Below, piece after piece: positions 38,996 to 51,084 of a stretch of 64,000 nt of DNA. The stretch spans positions 14,384,001 to 14,448,000 of the forward strand of contig NC_086108.1 in NCBI RefSeq assembly GCF_963921235.1. Reading direction: 5' to 3'. A program made the position numbers and the translations under genes. The notes under the pieces are model-generated. The model saw only the letters and a list, made by a program, of their open reading frames with translations. It was not told the origin of the DNA and did not search any database. How positions within the stretch are numbered: the stretch's first letter is position 1; each line of letters begins with the position of its first letter. The stretch comes from Mobula hypostoma. Its lineage: Eukaryota.

Positions 38996-41363
38996 GTGAC
39001 TCCCGTCTCCCCTTCCCCCACCACCACTCCGCAGCCCCGTCTTCCTCAGATCCCACCATCAACTCCTGGGCCCTCAGAAGCTCCACCTTCCTCTCACCCC
39101 AACCCTCCCCTCTCCATTGACACCCCCAGCCTCCCCCCTCCCCCGTCTGATCCCAGCTCTCATCCGTGCCGGGTCTTTACCATCCCCTCCGACCTTCAAC
39201 TGTCGGAGGCAGAACGCTCTGTTCTCAGTAAGGGCCTCACCTTTGTCCCCCTTCGCCCACACCTCAGCGAGTTCCGTGTTCGCCATGATGCGGAACTTTT
39301 CTTCCGCCGTCTCCGTCTCTGAGCTTACTTCTTCGGCAAGGACTCTTCCACCCCCACTGATGACCCCTTCTCCCGTCTTCAACCCTCCTCTTCTTCATGG
39401 ACACCCCGCTCTGGACTTCTGCCTGCTCTGGATCTCTTTATCGCTAACTGCCGACGGGACATCAACCGTCTCGACTTCACCGCACCTTGTCCCCATTCCA
39501 ACCTCACTCCTTCGGAACGCTCTGCACTCCACTCCCTCCGCACTAATCCTAACCTTATTATTAAACCCGCCGATAAGGGGGGGTGCTGTTGTAGTCTGGC
39601 GTACTGACCTCTACTTTGCCGAGGCACAGCGACAACTCGCGGATACCTCCTCTTATTTACCACTCGATCGTGACCCCACTAAGGAGCACCAGGCCATGGT
39701 CTCCCACATCATCACCGACTTTATCCGCTCAGGGGATCTCCCATCCACTGCTACCAACCTTATAGTTCCCACACCTCGCACTTCCCGTTTCTACCTCCTA
39801 CCCAAGATCCACAAACCTGCCTGTCCTGGCAGACCTATTGTCTCAGCTTGCTCCTGCCCCACCGAACTCATTTCTGCATACCTCGACACTGTTTTATCAC
39901 CCCTTGTTCAATCCCTTCCGACCTATGTTCGTGACACTTCTCACACTCTTAAACTTTTCAATGCTTTTAAGTTCCCTGGCCCCCACCGCTTTATTTTCAC
40001 CGTGGATGTCCAGTCCTTATATACTTCCATCCCCCATCAGGAAGGTCTCAAAGCTCTCCGCTTCTTTTTGGATTCCAGACCTAATCAGTTCCCCTCTACC
40101 ACCACTCTGCTCCGTCTAGCGGAATTAGTCCTTACTCTTAATAATTTCTCCTTTGGCTCCTCTCACTTCCTCCAAACTAAAGGTGTAGCTATGGGCACCC
40201 GTATGGGTCCTAGCTATGCCTGCCTTCTTGTTGGGTTTGTGGAACAGTCTATGTTCCGTGCCTATTCTGGTATCTGTCCCCAACTTTTCCTTCACTACAT
40301 CGACGACTGCATTGGCGCTGCTTCCTGCACGCATGCAGAACTCGTTGACTTTATTAACTTTGCCTCCAACTTTCACCCTGCCCTCAAGTTTACCTGGTCC
40401 ATTTCCGACACCTCCCTCCCCTTTCTAGATCTTTCTGTCTCTGTCTCTGGAGACAGCTTATCCACTGATGTCTACTATAAACCTACTGACTCTCACAGCT
40501 ATCTGGACTATTCCTCTTCTCACTCTGTCTCTTGCAAAAACGCCATCCCCTTCTCGCAATTCCTCCGTCTCCACCGCATCTGCTCTCAGGATGAGGCTTT
40601 TCATTCTAGGACGAGGGAGATGTCTTCCTTTTTTAAAGAAAGGGGCTTCCCTTCCTCCACTATCAACTCCACTCTTAAACGCATCTCCCCCATTTCACGT
40701 ACATCTGCTCTCACTCCATCCTCCCGCCACCCCACTAGGAATAAGGTTCCCCTGGTCCTCACCTACCACCCCACAAGCCTCCGGGTCCAACATATTATTC
40801 TCCGTAACTTCCGCCACCTCCAACGGGATCCCACCACTAAGCACATCTTTCCCTCCCCCCCTCTCTCTGCATTCCGCAGGGATCGCTCCCTACGCGACTC
40901 CCTTGTCCATTCGTCCCCCCCATCCCTCCCCACTGATCTCCCTCCTGGCACTTATCCGTGTAAGCGGAACAAGTGCTACACATGCCCTTACACTTCCTCC
41001 CTTACCACCATTCAGGGTCCAAAACAGTCCTTCCAGGTGAGGCATCACTTCACCTGTGAGTCGACTGGGGTGATATACTGCGTCCGGTGCTCCCGATGTG
41101 GCCTTTTATATATTGGCGAGACCCGACGCAGACTGGGAGACCGCTTTGCTGGACATCTACGCTCTGTCCGCCAGAGAAAGCAGGATTTCCCAGTGGCCAC
41201 ACATTTTAATTTCACATCCCATTCCCATTCTGACATGTCTATCCACGGCCTCCTCTACTGTAAAGATGAAGCCACACTCAGGTTGGAGGAACAACACCTT
41301 ATATTCCGTCTGGGTAGCCTCCAACCTGATGGCATGAACATTGACTTCTCTAACTTCCGCTAA
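38996..41363 (+). pseudogene. Penelope RT-GIY-YIG polyprotein, lightly disrupted
   Basis: LSKGLTFVP, KPADKG(G)AVVV, FYLLPKIHK..PGRPIVS, DVQSLYTSIPH, QTKGVAMGTRMGPSYA, YIDD, LPFLDL, VIYCVRCSRCGLLYIGET, EQHLI...GMN. In-frame TGA at 39320-39322 (likely CGA>TGA); extra G in a G7 run at 39577-39583; open from there to the stop at 41363. Confidence 0.92.
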
Positions 41364-41658
41364 GGCCCCACCTCCCCCTCGTACCCCATCTGTTACTCAT
41401 TTTTATGCACACATTCTTTCTCTCACTCTCCTTTTTCTCCCTCTGTCCCTCTGAATATACCTCTTGCCCATCCTCTGGGTCACCCCCCCCCTTGTCTTTC
41501 TTCCCGGACCTCCTGTCCCATGATCCTCTCGTATCCCCTTTTGCCAATCACCTGTCCAGCTCTCGGCTCTATCCCTCCCCCTCCTGTCTTCTCCTATCAT
41601 TTTGCATCTCCCCCTCCCCCTCCAGCTTTCAAATCCCTTATTCACTCTTCCTTCAGTT

Positions 41659-41694
41659 AGTCCTGACGAAGGGTCTCGGCCTGAAACGTCGACT
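41659..41694 (+). ncRNA. Minimal type I hammerhead ribozyme motif in the Penelope 3' UTR/pLTR
   Basis: agtc CTGACGA (41663-41669) agggtctcggcct GAAA (41683-41686) C GTC (41688-41690) gact; identical to 25078-25113. Confidence 0.88.
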
Positions 41695-43402
41695 GCGCCT
41701 CTTCCTATAGATGCTGCTTGGCCTGCTGCGTTCACCAGCAACTTTGATGTGTGTTGCTTGAATTTCCAGCATCTGCAGAATTCCTGTTGTTCTTGTAAAG
41801 CAGCTGCACAGTTTCAAAAAACTCACCTGCTTGCTGTACATTGCTCACAACATCCACTAAAACAAGATTAAGTCTGTGAGAATGGCAGTGTATATATAAT
41901 GCCTGTGGGACCTCTTTCCTAAACCTCTCTTGTACCCCGTCATTGTACCCGGACATCACTGCCACCCCATCATAACACTGACCTATACACGTGTACTTAT
42001 CAATAATACACTGGGCGAGTGTTTGTTCAATGCTTTTATAAAGCGACTCTGCGTCCAACCCTTCTGCTGGAGTGAAGTGCAAGAATTCTTCAAGCACTGT
42101 TTCATTATTCAAGTACCGCACCACCACTGATATTTGTTCCTTTTTACTCAAGTCTTTACTTTCATCCACCATGATGACAAAATGTCCAGCTTCCTTGATT
42201 TCTGCACTTATTTGACCATATCTGCCATATTACCCATAATTTCATTCTGGATATCATGATGGGTATTTTTTGCATTTCCAGGATTGTCCTCTATTTTTTT
42301 TAGCTACAGTCTTATCAAACTGCCCAATTACACTGAGCAACTCAACAAAGTTTCCCCTGTTGACAGATCCATCATCCTCCCGGTGTCCTCGCTGGGCAAT
42401 GCCTTGGCACGCAGTATAGCGTAGAGACACAACCACTGCTCTCATATACTCACTTTTTTCTTGGACAGTCCTTGCATGTCCTTTATCAAGCAATCTTGAA
42501 CCATCTTGTTTTCTCAGTCTGAGTTCAGCCCATGCCTCCATAGCAAACTTATAAGCTGCACTTACATGGTGGGTTTTGAAAGCTGTTGTAGCTTTCCACC
42601 AGTTGCGGTAACTGGTGACAGTGAAGGTAGACTCAGAATGGAACCCATGTCCTCCATAAAGGAAGTGCCTGCATGCGAAGCAGAACATAGTATCTTTCGT
42701 GATCGAATATTCCAGCCAGGAGTACAGGGCAAACGAGCCACGAATAAAACTCCTTTGCTGATTGCCAAACTGTTGCAGCAGCGAAGGGTACATTTTCAAT
42801 GCTGGCCGACGGGGTCCTTCCTCAGGCTGCTGGCTAACATCACTAACAGTATTCCCACTAGCACTATGAGCAGCTTCATTCACGTTCTCTTCTGAATCCT
42901 GCTCCATTTTTTGCTCCTCTACTTCGCCCTCACACTCCTTCGATGAACTGCTGTCGTCCCCACTTACTTCTTCCTGCATGTCACTTTCAATTAAGACAGG
43001 CTCAGGCACCACTGATTCCTCTGGGTGAAGTCGTTTTCTCACTAAAAATTGATCCATTTTTCACGCCAGCCAAAATAAAGCACGTGCCAGGCCCATGCTA
43101 GCTTGTAAAAGCACAATGCGTGTGTGGAACTGCGCCTGGATCCTGCACAATGTATGTATACAATCAATCTCTCGCGTGAGTGAGAGTGAGTGACATCACC
43201 ACCTTAAGTGATCTTAAATCAACTTAACTGATCTGAGTGAGGACAGCAACGGCAAGACATTGACAACGAACGAATAAGCGGAAGTGTAGAGTGGACCTGA
43301 CCTTAGACCAGCACAGAGCTTATAACTTTATTGCTGCGTGGGTGCTATGGTAATTGGGGGCAATGTTTCACTAGATCAACTGGAGAAACAAGCTGTATGT
43401 CT

Positions 43403-43745
43403 GAAAAGAGGATGTTGTCCAAGTTGTATGCCATCTTGGACAATGTCTCCCATCCACTACATAATGTACTGGTTGGGCACAAGAGTACATTCAGCCAGAG
43501 ACTCACTCCACCGAGATGCAACACAGAGCGTCATAGGAAGCATTCCTGCCTGTGGCCATCAAACTTTACAACTCCTCCCTTGGAGGGTCAGACACCCTGA
43601 GCCAATAGGCTGGTCCTGGACTTATTTCCTGGCATAGTTTACATATTACTATTTAACTATTTATGGTTTTATTACTATTTATTATTTATGGTGCAACTGT
43701 AACGGAAACCAATTTCCCCCGGGATCAATAAAGTATGACTATGAC
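43403..43745 (+). mobile_element. 5'-truncated LINE 3' end nested in the hAT element
   Basis: Probable TSD tatgtct (43396-43402, 43746-43752); remnant ILDNVSHPLH...PPRCNTERHRK; AATAAAG then (TATGAC)n tail. Confidence 0.75.
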
Positions 43746-44069
43746 TATGTCTATTCAAAACTACACAGGGAAAGCAGCTGCAATTTGTATGTCAAATTTC
43801 AGTTAATTTCTTGGTGGTGCTATTGTAATTTCTGCTGGTGCTATAGCACCAGCAAGCACCACCTCAGCACTGCCACTGTCTATGAGTGCTGTTGTCTTAG
43901 GCCACATATTAATGTCTACCAACATTTGTAGAGACTGGAACTGATTGGCCACAGTGTGCATGTCTTTGTGCCTGGGAAGTCCTGTCTGACAAATCTCTTG
44001 GAGTTGTCTGAACAGGTAACTCAGAGGGTGAATGTTGCCTGTATGGACTTGAGCAGGTCGTTTGACAAG

Positions 44070-44951
44070 CAGACATCCCACCTCTCCCTGGAGTTCCGGG
44101 AGTCTCCCGCATATTGATAGCGGCTCCCTGATGCCCGCAAATTACATATAATATCCCGGAAATCAATTTTTTAGGGAGGGAGAGGGAGAGGGAAAAGAAA
44201 GGAAGAAAATAAATGAATCCTGCTTGATCTCTCTTTGTGCTAAGTAGACCTATCAGTTTTCTCTGTGGGCGGGCTTTATAGTTGACCTCTCCCTCTCTCT
44301 TCCATATTCCATCAGTTCAGTTACTGCCGTCTGTAATGACGCTGAAATCATCCGGACAACTGTTGGTGATGAAGTACAAAAGCCTGGCGAAAAAATTCCC
44401 AAGGCTGGCGGTGACAACCTGACTATGCGAGGCTGTCCTGTACGGGCGGGGCGCATTGGCGTCTTAAAGAGGATTAGAGCGGTGTTTAAATTGGAGCGAA
44501 ATTCCAAAATCGTCCGCTAAGGCATCTTTAAAGATGCGCTCGCAGCAAGCAAATTCTTCGGGTTTTTTTTCCTGAAACACTTCCACTTACAGGCACATCA
44601 AAGCCCGCGATGGACTGGGTTTAAGCACAGCCGTTTTCAGAAGAAAAACCGATTTTAATAAATACCCGGTCCCCACTGATGTCTCATCATTAGGACAGCG
44701 AACTGTTTACCTGTGCTGCGCACTTCAGATGCATTTTGAATTACACTTTATTAAATAATATGGTAATATATTGTTTTACGTTGTGTGCATGATATATGTA
44801 TTGTGGCTACACCGTGGTCCAGACAGGTTCTTACGTTTGTGGACAATCAGCCAGATGACAATAAACTTGAAGATACAGAACTTCTAAATCACTCATTTAA
44901 AATCCCCCATTTCGATGTCAAAAAGTAAGTTATGATTCCGACTTTTGCAGG

Positions 44952-45003
<52 letters not shown>

Positions 45004-45506
45004 CTATGGACATATATGCGATCGGACATTAAGCGGCGCACACCTGTAATAAGGATACACCTTATGCTTTTATTTCTTTTAGGGACCACAACGTATTAGG
45101 GAGGCTCAGCGCAGGGAAGGCTACTCAAGTATTTCACAGTTCTTTTCAGCAGAAAACCAAAGTCTGACAGAGAAGGTCACTAGAGCTGAGGTGCACTTTA
45201 CATCTTTCATCGTTGAGCATAACCTGCCATTCCACACAGGCAAGCTATTCAGGAAAATGTTTCCTGATTCAGAAATAGCAAAAAACTATGCCTGCTCATG
45301 AACCAAGACAGCAGCTATTGTGAACATGGCACATTAAGACAGAATTCAGAAGTCAGCTGTCTCACAAAACACTGTGAATCTGATGTCTTGCAAAATTAAC
45401 AAATTCATTGACACAGACTGCTGTGAGGTTGAGACTTCTGGTTGAGACCTCCCTGAAATGAGGTAGAGACTTCCCTGACATGAGTTTTTGCAGGATGGGA
45501 TATCTG
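44070..45506 (+). mobile_element. Internally deleted hAT-like DNA transposon with a 6-bp TSD
   Basis: TIRs CAGACATCCCACC / CAGATATCCCATCC; TSD gacaag (44064-44069, 45507-45512) within a CR1 FDKV motif; remnant KVTRAEVHFTSFIVEHNLPF..KLFRKMFPDSEIAKNYACS*TK (45125-45325) fused to HIKTEFRSQLSHKTL. Confidence 0.8.
44956..45000. repeat. (GT)n microsatellite, ~22 units
   Basis: Read directly from the sequence. Confidence 0.95.
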
Positions 45507-46699
45507 GACAAGGTTCTTCATGGCAGGTGGGGTCTTATGGGATCCAGTAGGAGACGGCAGATTGGATTCATAACTGGCTCAGTAGTATAAAGTAGAAGGT
45601 GAGGGTCAAGGGTTGTTTCTCGGACTGGAGGCCTGTATCTAGTGGTGTGCCACGGGGGTTAGTGCTAGGAACTTTGTTGCTTGTAACTTATAGAAATAAT
45701 TTGGGTGTGAATGTACAAAGCATGGTTACTAAGTCTGCAGGATAGAACTATACTGATTTTGTAGATAATAAAATTAAAATTGGTAATTTTTTTCTTTGTC
45801 ATATGTGCTGAAATGCAGTGTAAAATGTGTTTTGCATCAGGTTTGTACAGATCATTTCATTACAACAGCTGATTGAGATAATACAATGTAAAACAAGGTA
45901 GAAGGTTATGAAAAGTTACAGGAAGATTCAAATCAGCTAGGTTTGTAGGCTTTCAATCCAGAAACCTGTGAGCTGTGACATTTTGACAGATCATATCGAG
46001 GTAGAATTTATGCAATGAATCATAGGTTCCTGGAGAGTGTGAGACCAGAGGGATCTGGGAGTGAAAGTGTGTAGTTTGCTGAAAGTTGTGTCACGGGTAG
46101 ATAAGGTGATGGAAAAAAAATCATTTGTACCTAATAAGGTGGCCATTGAGTGTATATTTATGATCTTCTGCTGCTGTAGCCCATCTGCTTCAAGGTTTGA
46201 CATGTTGTGCATTCACACACACTTCCACACACAACTAACATGTGGTTGTGAGTTACTGTCACCTTCCAGTCAGTTTGAACCAGGCTGCCCATTGGCTTTT
46301 GACCTATCTTATTAATAAGGATTATTTTTCCCACAGAGCTGCTGCTCGCTGGATGATTTTTTTTTTGTTTGTTTTTCACACCATTCTCTGTAAACTCTAG
46401 AGACTGGGGTACATGAAAATCCTGTATCAGCAATTTCTGAGATATGCAAATCACCTCATCTGGCAACAGCAATCATTCCGCTATCAAAATCACTTAGATT
46501 GCATTTCTTCCCCATTTTGAATTTTGGTCTGAACAACAACAACCTCTTGACCATGTCTACATGCTTTTATGGATTGAGTTGTTGCTACATGATTGGCTGA
46601 TTAAATATTTGCATTAATAAGCAGTTGAACAAATGTACATAATAAAGTGTTCAATGTGTGTGTATGTTATTAAAGAAATAAGAATACCGAGAGGAAATC

Positions 46700-47465
46700 A
46701 CCCTGACACACTGGTGTCAAGAAAACAACCTCTCCCTAAATGTCACAAAAACGAAGGAGCTGGTTGTGGACGACAGGAGGGATGGAGACAGGCTAACCCC
46801 ATTGACATCAGTGGATCTGGGGTTGAGAAGGTGAATAGCTTTAAGTTCCTTGGCATAAACATCACCGAGGATCTCACGTGGTCTGTACATACTGGCTGTG
46901 TGGTGAAAAAGGCACAACAGCACCTCTTTCACCTCAGATGGTTGAAGAAGTTTGGTATGATCCCCCCCCCCCCACCAATTCTAAGAATTTACTGCAGGGG
47001 CACGATTGAGAGCAAACTAACTGGCTGCATAGCTGCCTGATATGGGAACTGTACTTCCCTCAATCACAGGACTCTGCAGAGAGTGGTGCGGACAGCCCAG
47101 TGCATCTGTAGATGTGAACTTCCCACTATTCAGGACATTTACAAAGACAAGTGTGTAAGAAGGGCCTGAAGGATCATTGGAGACTGGAGCCACCTCAACC
47201 ACGAACGATTCCAGCTGCTACCATCTGGGAAACAGTACTGCAGCATAAAAGCCAGGACCAACAGGCTCCAGTATAGCTTCTTCCACTGGACCATCAGACT
47301 GCTTAATTCATGCTGACCCAACTGTATTTCTATTTTATATTGACTATCCTGTTGTACATAATATTTATGATAAATTGCTATAATTGCACATTTGAATGGA
47401 GACATAATGTAAAGATTTTTACTCCTCATGCATATGAAGGATGTAAATAATAAAGTCAATTCAAG
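46700..47465 (+). mobile_element. Rex1/Babar-like LINE 3' fragment; similar fragments at ~57240-57570 and ~58140-59010
   Basis: SGSGVEKVNSFKFLGINITEDLTWSVH..VVKKAQQHLFHLRWLKKFG; 3' aataaagtcaattcaa. Confidence 0.75.
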
Positions 47466-47469
47466 AAAA

Positions 47470-47735
47470 GATTTTCTTTTCCATAGATGCTGTCTTACCT
47501 TCTGAGTTCCTCCAATATTTCGTGTTTGTTGGAGAAAAGATTTACTAGGATGCTTTAAATACTGGAGATTCTGCAGATGCTGGGTACACCCACAAAATGC
47601 TGGAGGAGTTCAGTAGGTCGGGCAGCATCTACTCCTGATGTGTCCTGATGAAAGGTCTTGGTCTGAACCACTGGCTGTTTAGTTTCTTCCATAGATGATG
47701 CCTGACTGCGCTGAGTTCTTTAACAGGATTACCAG
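47470..47735. mobile_element. Older Penelope-derived inverted fragments with a degenerate hammerhead
   Basis: Antisense end (ttctgcagatgctgg...aaatgctggaggagttcag...gcagcatct) joined to sense CTGATGA (47645-47651) aaggtcttggtct GAAC...ccatagatg; imperfect flanking repeat gatttactaggatgct / gattaccaggatgct. Confidence 0.65.
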
Positions 47736-48483
47736 GATGCTGTGTGTGTTTGGGGGCCTAAGTTACAAGGAGAGATCATGTAAACTTTATTCCCTGGAAC
47801 ATAGAAGATTGAGACAGAGGAACATAAGATCATGACAGGCATAGATAGGGTGAAAGTATATAGATTCTACCTCTCTGCCCCCACCAGGGATGGGGTGCAA
47901 AAGACAAGTGGCCATAGGTTTGAGATAAAGGTGTGAAAGGGATATCAGGACAGGGTCTTCATGTAAAGGCAGATGCATATTTGAAATCAGCTGCCAGAAG
48001 TAGTGGTTGAGGCAGGCTCATTATCAACATTTAAAATCCGGCTAGATAGGTGCAGGCATAGGAGAGGTTTAGAGGGCTATGGGCCAAACGTGGGCAGATG
48101 GCAATAGCTCGCTGCGCAACACAGTTGGCTTGGACAAGTTCGGTCGAAGGACTCATTTCTACACTGTATGGCTTTGGATATAATAGCAGATTACTTGAAA
48201 AACAGTGACAACTGACAGAGTCGACATAACTTATAAGAAAAGAGGTCATGCTTGACAGATATTGAATACTTTGAGGATGTAATCTGCAGAATCGATGAGG
48301 GAGAACTAATGGATGTGATGTATAAAGATTATTATGCAAGGTAAAAGTACAGAGGATTGGGAGTGAGAAACTGACAGGAGTAGAGAGCAGGAAATGTAAT
48401 TGGAATTAGCATGTCTTTTTTCAAGTGACATGCAGTGACTGGTGAGACACCACAGAAGTCAGTTCCCAGGATCCCAACTATTC

Positions 48484-49626
48484 ATAGAAACATAGAAAAT
48501 AGGTGCAGGAGTAGGCCATTCGGCCCTTCAAGCCTGCACCGCCATTTATTATGATCATGGCTGATCATCCAACTCAGAACCCTGCCCCAGCCTTCCCTCC
48601 ATACCCCCTGATCCCCGTAGCCACAAGGGCCAAATCTAACTCCCTCTTAAATATAGCCAATGAACTGGCCTTAACTGTTTCCTGTGGCAGAGAATTCCAC
48701 AGATTCACCACTCTCTGTGTGAAGAAGTTTTTCCTAATCTCGGTCCTAAAAGGCTTCCCCTTTATCCTCAAACTGTGATCCCTCGTTCTGGACTTCCCCA
48801 ACGTCGGGAACAATCTTCCTGCATCTAGCCCGTCCAACCCCTTTAGGATTTTATACGTTTCAATCAGATCCCCCCTCAATCTTCTAAATTCCAATGAGTA
48901 CAAGCCCAGTTCATCCAGTCTTTCTTCATATGAAAGTCCTGCCATCCCAGGAATCAATCTGGTGAATCTTCTTTGTACTCCCTCTATGGCAAGGATGTCT
49001 TTCCTCAGATTAGGGGACCAAAACTGCGCACAATACTCCAGGTGTGGTCTCACCAAGGCCTTGTACAACTGCAGTAGTACCTCCCTGCTCCTGTACTCGA
49101 ATCCTCTGGCTATAAATGCCAGCATACCATTCGCCTTTTTCACCGCCTGCTGTACCTGCATGCCCACTTTCAATGACTGGTGTATAATGACACCCAGGTC
49201 TCGTTGCACCTCCCCTTTTCCTAATTGGCCACCATTCAGATAATAATCTGTTTTCCTATTTTTGCCACCAAAGTGGATAACTTCACATTTATCCACATTA
49301 AATTGCATCTGCCATGAATTTGCCCACTCACCCAACCTATCCAAGTCACTCTGTATCCTCTTAGCATCCTCCTCACAGCTAACACTGCCACCCAGCTTCG
49401 TGTCATCCGCAAACTTGGAGATGCTGCATTTAATTCCCTCATCCAAGTCATTAATATATATTGTAAACAACTGGGGCCCCAGCACTGAGCCTTGCGGTAC
49501 CCCACTAGTCACCGCCTGCCATTCTGAAAAGGTCCCGTTTATTCCCACTCTTTGCTTCCTGTCTGCTAACCAATTCTCTATCCACATCAATACCTTACCC
49601 CCAATACCGTGTGCTTTAAGTTTCAC
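48484..49626 (-). mobile_element. Young 5'-truncated CR1 LINE with an uninterrupted 350-codon RT C-terminus
   Basis: SGVPQGSVLGPQLFTIYINDL, ISKFADDTKL, LVRPHLEYC, RRLRGDLIE; 3' tail (TTCTATG-like) at 48484-48497. Confidence 0.93.
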
Positions 49627-49841
49627 TGTGTATTAAGATAAGGAAAATAAATAATATATTCAAATCTATAGACAGCACGAAGTTGGTATGAGCTAGTCCC
49701 ATGTGGCTGTTTTTGGCCAGTATTGTAAGCGTTGTACGTCCTTCTGCAGATTCCTCTGTAGATCGTTCCACGTATCCACCACACTGTGTGAAAACTTGCA
49801 TGGTGTTTCAAAGGTTTGAAGTAAATTTATTCTCAAAGTAC

Positions 49842-51012
49842 TTTAAAGAGTATTCACTCTCCCCCTCCCCCTCCCCCTCCCCCCAGAAGTTTTCATGTTT
49901 TATTGTTTTACAACTTTGAATCACAGTGGATTTAAATTGGCTTCTTTTTGACACTGATCAGCACAAAAAGATTCTTCTCTGTCAATGTGAAAATAGATCA
50001 CAACAAAGTGATCTTAAATCAATTACAAATATAAAACACAAAATAATTGATTGCTTAAGTATTCACCCCATTTAATGTGTCACACCAAATCATCACTGGT
50101 GCAGCAAATTGGTTTTAGAAGACACTTAATTAGTTAAATGGAGTCAAGGTGCTTAAATTGATTGTAGTAAAAATACACCTGTATCTGAAAGGTCCAACTG
50201 CTGGTGAGTCAGTATCCTGGCAAAAACTACCACGAAGACAAAAGAACACTCTAAGCAACTCCTCAAAGATTATGGAAAAGCACAAGTCAGGAGATGGATA
50301 CGAGAAAATTTCCTAGTCACTGAATATCCTTTGGAGTACAGTTAAGTCAATCATCTAGAAATGGAAAGATTATGGCACAGATGTAAATTTGCCTGGAACA
50401 GGCCATCCTCAAAAACTGAATGACTGTGCAAGAAAGGGACTAGTGAGGGAGGGCACCAAGAGACCTGTGACAACTCTGGAGGAGTTTCAAGCTTCAGTGG
50501 CTGAGATGGGAGACTCTCGTGCATACAACAAATGTTGCCTGGGTGCTTCACCAGTCACAGCTTTATGGGAGAGTGGCAAAGAGAAACCCACTGTTGAAAA
50601 AAAACTCACATGAAATCTCAGATAGTGTTTGCCAGAAGGCATATGGGAGACTCAGAAGTCATTTGGAAGAGGTTCTATGGTTTGAGGAAACTAAAATTAA
50701 GCCTTTTGGCCATCAGAGTAAATGCTATGTTTGGCGTAAGCCAAACACTGCACACCAAAAATACACCATTCCTACAGTGAAACATGGTGGTGGCTGCATC
50801 GTGCTGTGGGGATGCTTCATTGCAGCAGGCCCTGGAAGGCTTGTGAAGGTAGAGGACAAAATGAATGCGACAAAATACAGGGAAATCCTGGAGGAAAACC
50901 TAATGCAGTCTGCAAGAGAACTGTGACTTGGGGGATTCGTTTCCAGCAAGACAATGTCCCCAAGCACAAAACCAAAGTTACACAGGGATGGCTTAAAAAC
51001 AACAAAGTTAAT
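49842..51012 (+). mobile_element. Tc1 (Passport-like) transposon, 3'-truncated
   Basis: Left TIR matches 59942 onward; remnants KTKEHS, LYGRVAKRNPLLKK, VLWFEETK, PTVKHGGGCIVLWGCF, FQQDNVPKH. Confidence 0.88.
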
Positions 51013-51084
51013 TAAGAGAATGTTAATTAAGATTAAGAAAATGGGCAAAGAGGTGGCATTTGGGTTTGGGTATTTGATCCTCTA

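Larger units (their letters stand above)
38630..41792 (+). mobile_element. Penelope-like retroelement with GIY-YIG endonuclease, 5'-truncated, young
   Basis: 13-bp TSD ttgtaaa(a/g)cagct (38617-38629, 41793-41805); removing it restores hAT protein VQLLYNFFSNSV; RT, GIY-YIG and a hammerhead-bearing 3' UTR. Confidence 0.95.
37521..43057 (-). pseudogene. hAT transposase pseudogene, split by the Penelope insertion
   Basis: WLEYSITKDTMFCFACRHF (TTF-like Zn finger), RGNFVELL, MVDESKDLSKKEQISVVVRY, GQCYDG, YIHCHSHRLNL (CxxH), SDTCWA, SASCKRSFSCLRRLKNYLR (usual CERSFS Glu is Lys); several frameshifts. Confidence 0.9.
36794..43878 (-). mobile_element. hAT DNA transposon (ZMYM1-like/Tip100-type transposase), both ends present, inactivated, carrying two nested insertions
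   Basis: Perfect 8-bp TSD tctatgag (36786-36793, 43879-43886); imperfect TIRs CACTGGTAGCGC / CAGTGGCAGTGC; subterminal TGGTGCT repeats. Confidence 0.92.

Noticed and set aside
39117..39583. N-terminal part of the 748-aa ORF as real protein
   Set aside because: Penelope motifs (LSKGLTF, KPADKG) are in another frame until the G7 run, so this stretch is a frameshift artefact.
37521..43057. Domesticated host gene (ZMYM1/ZNF862/THAP12-like) nested antisense in the intron
   Set aside because: TIRs and TSD are present, the frame is broken, the catalytic Glu is lost and a Penelope interrupts it.
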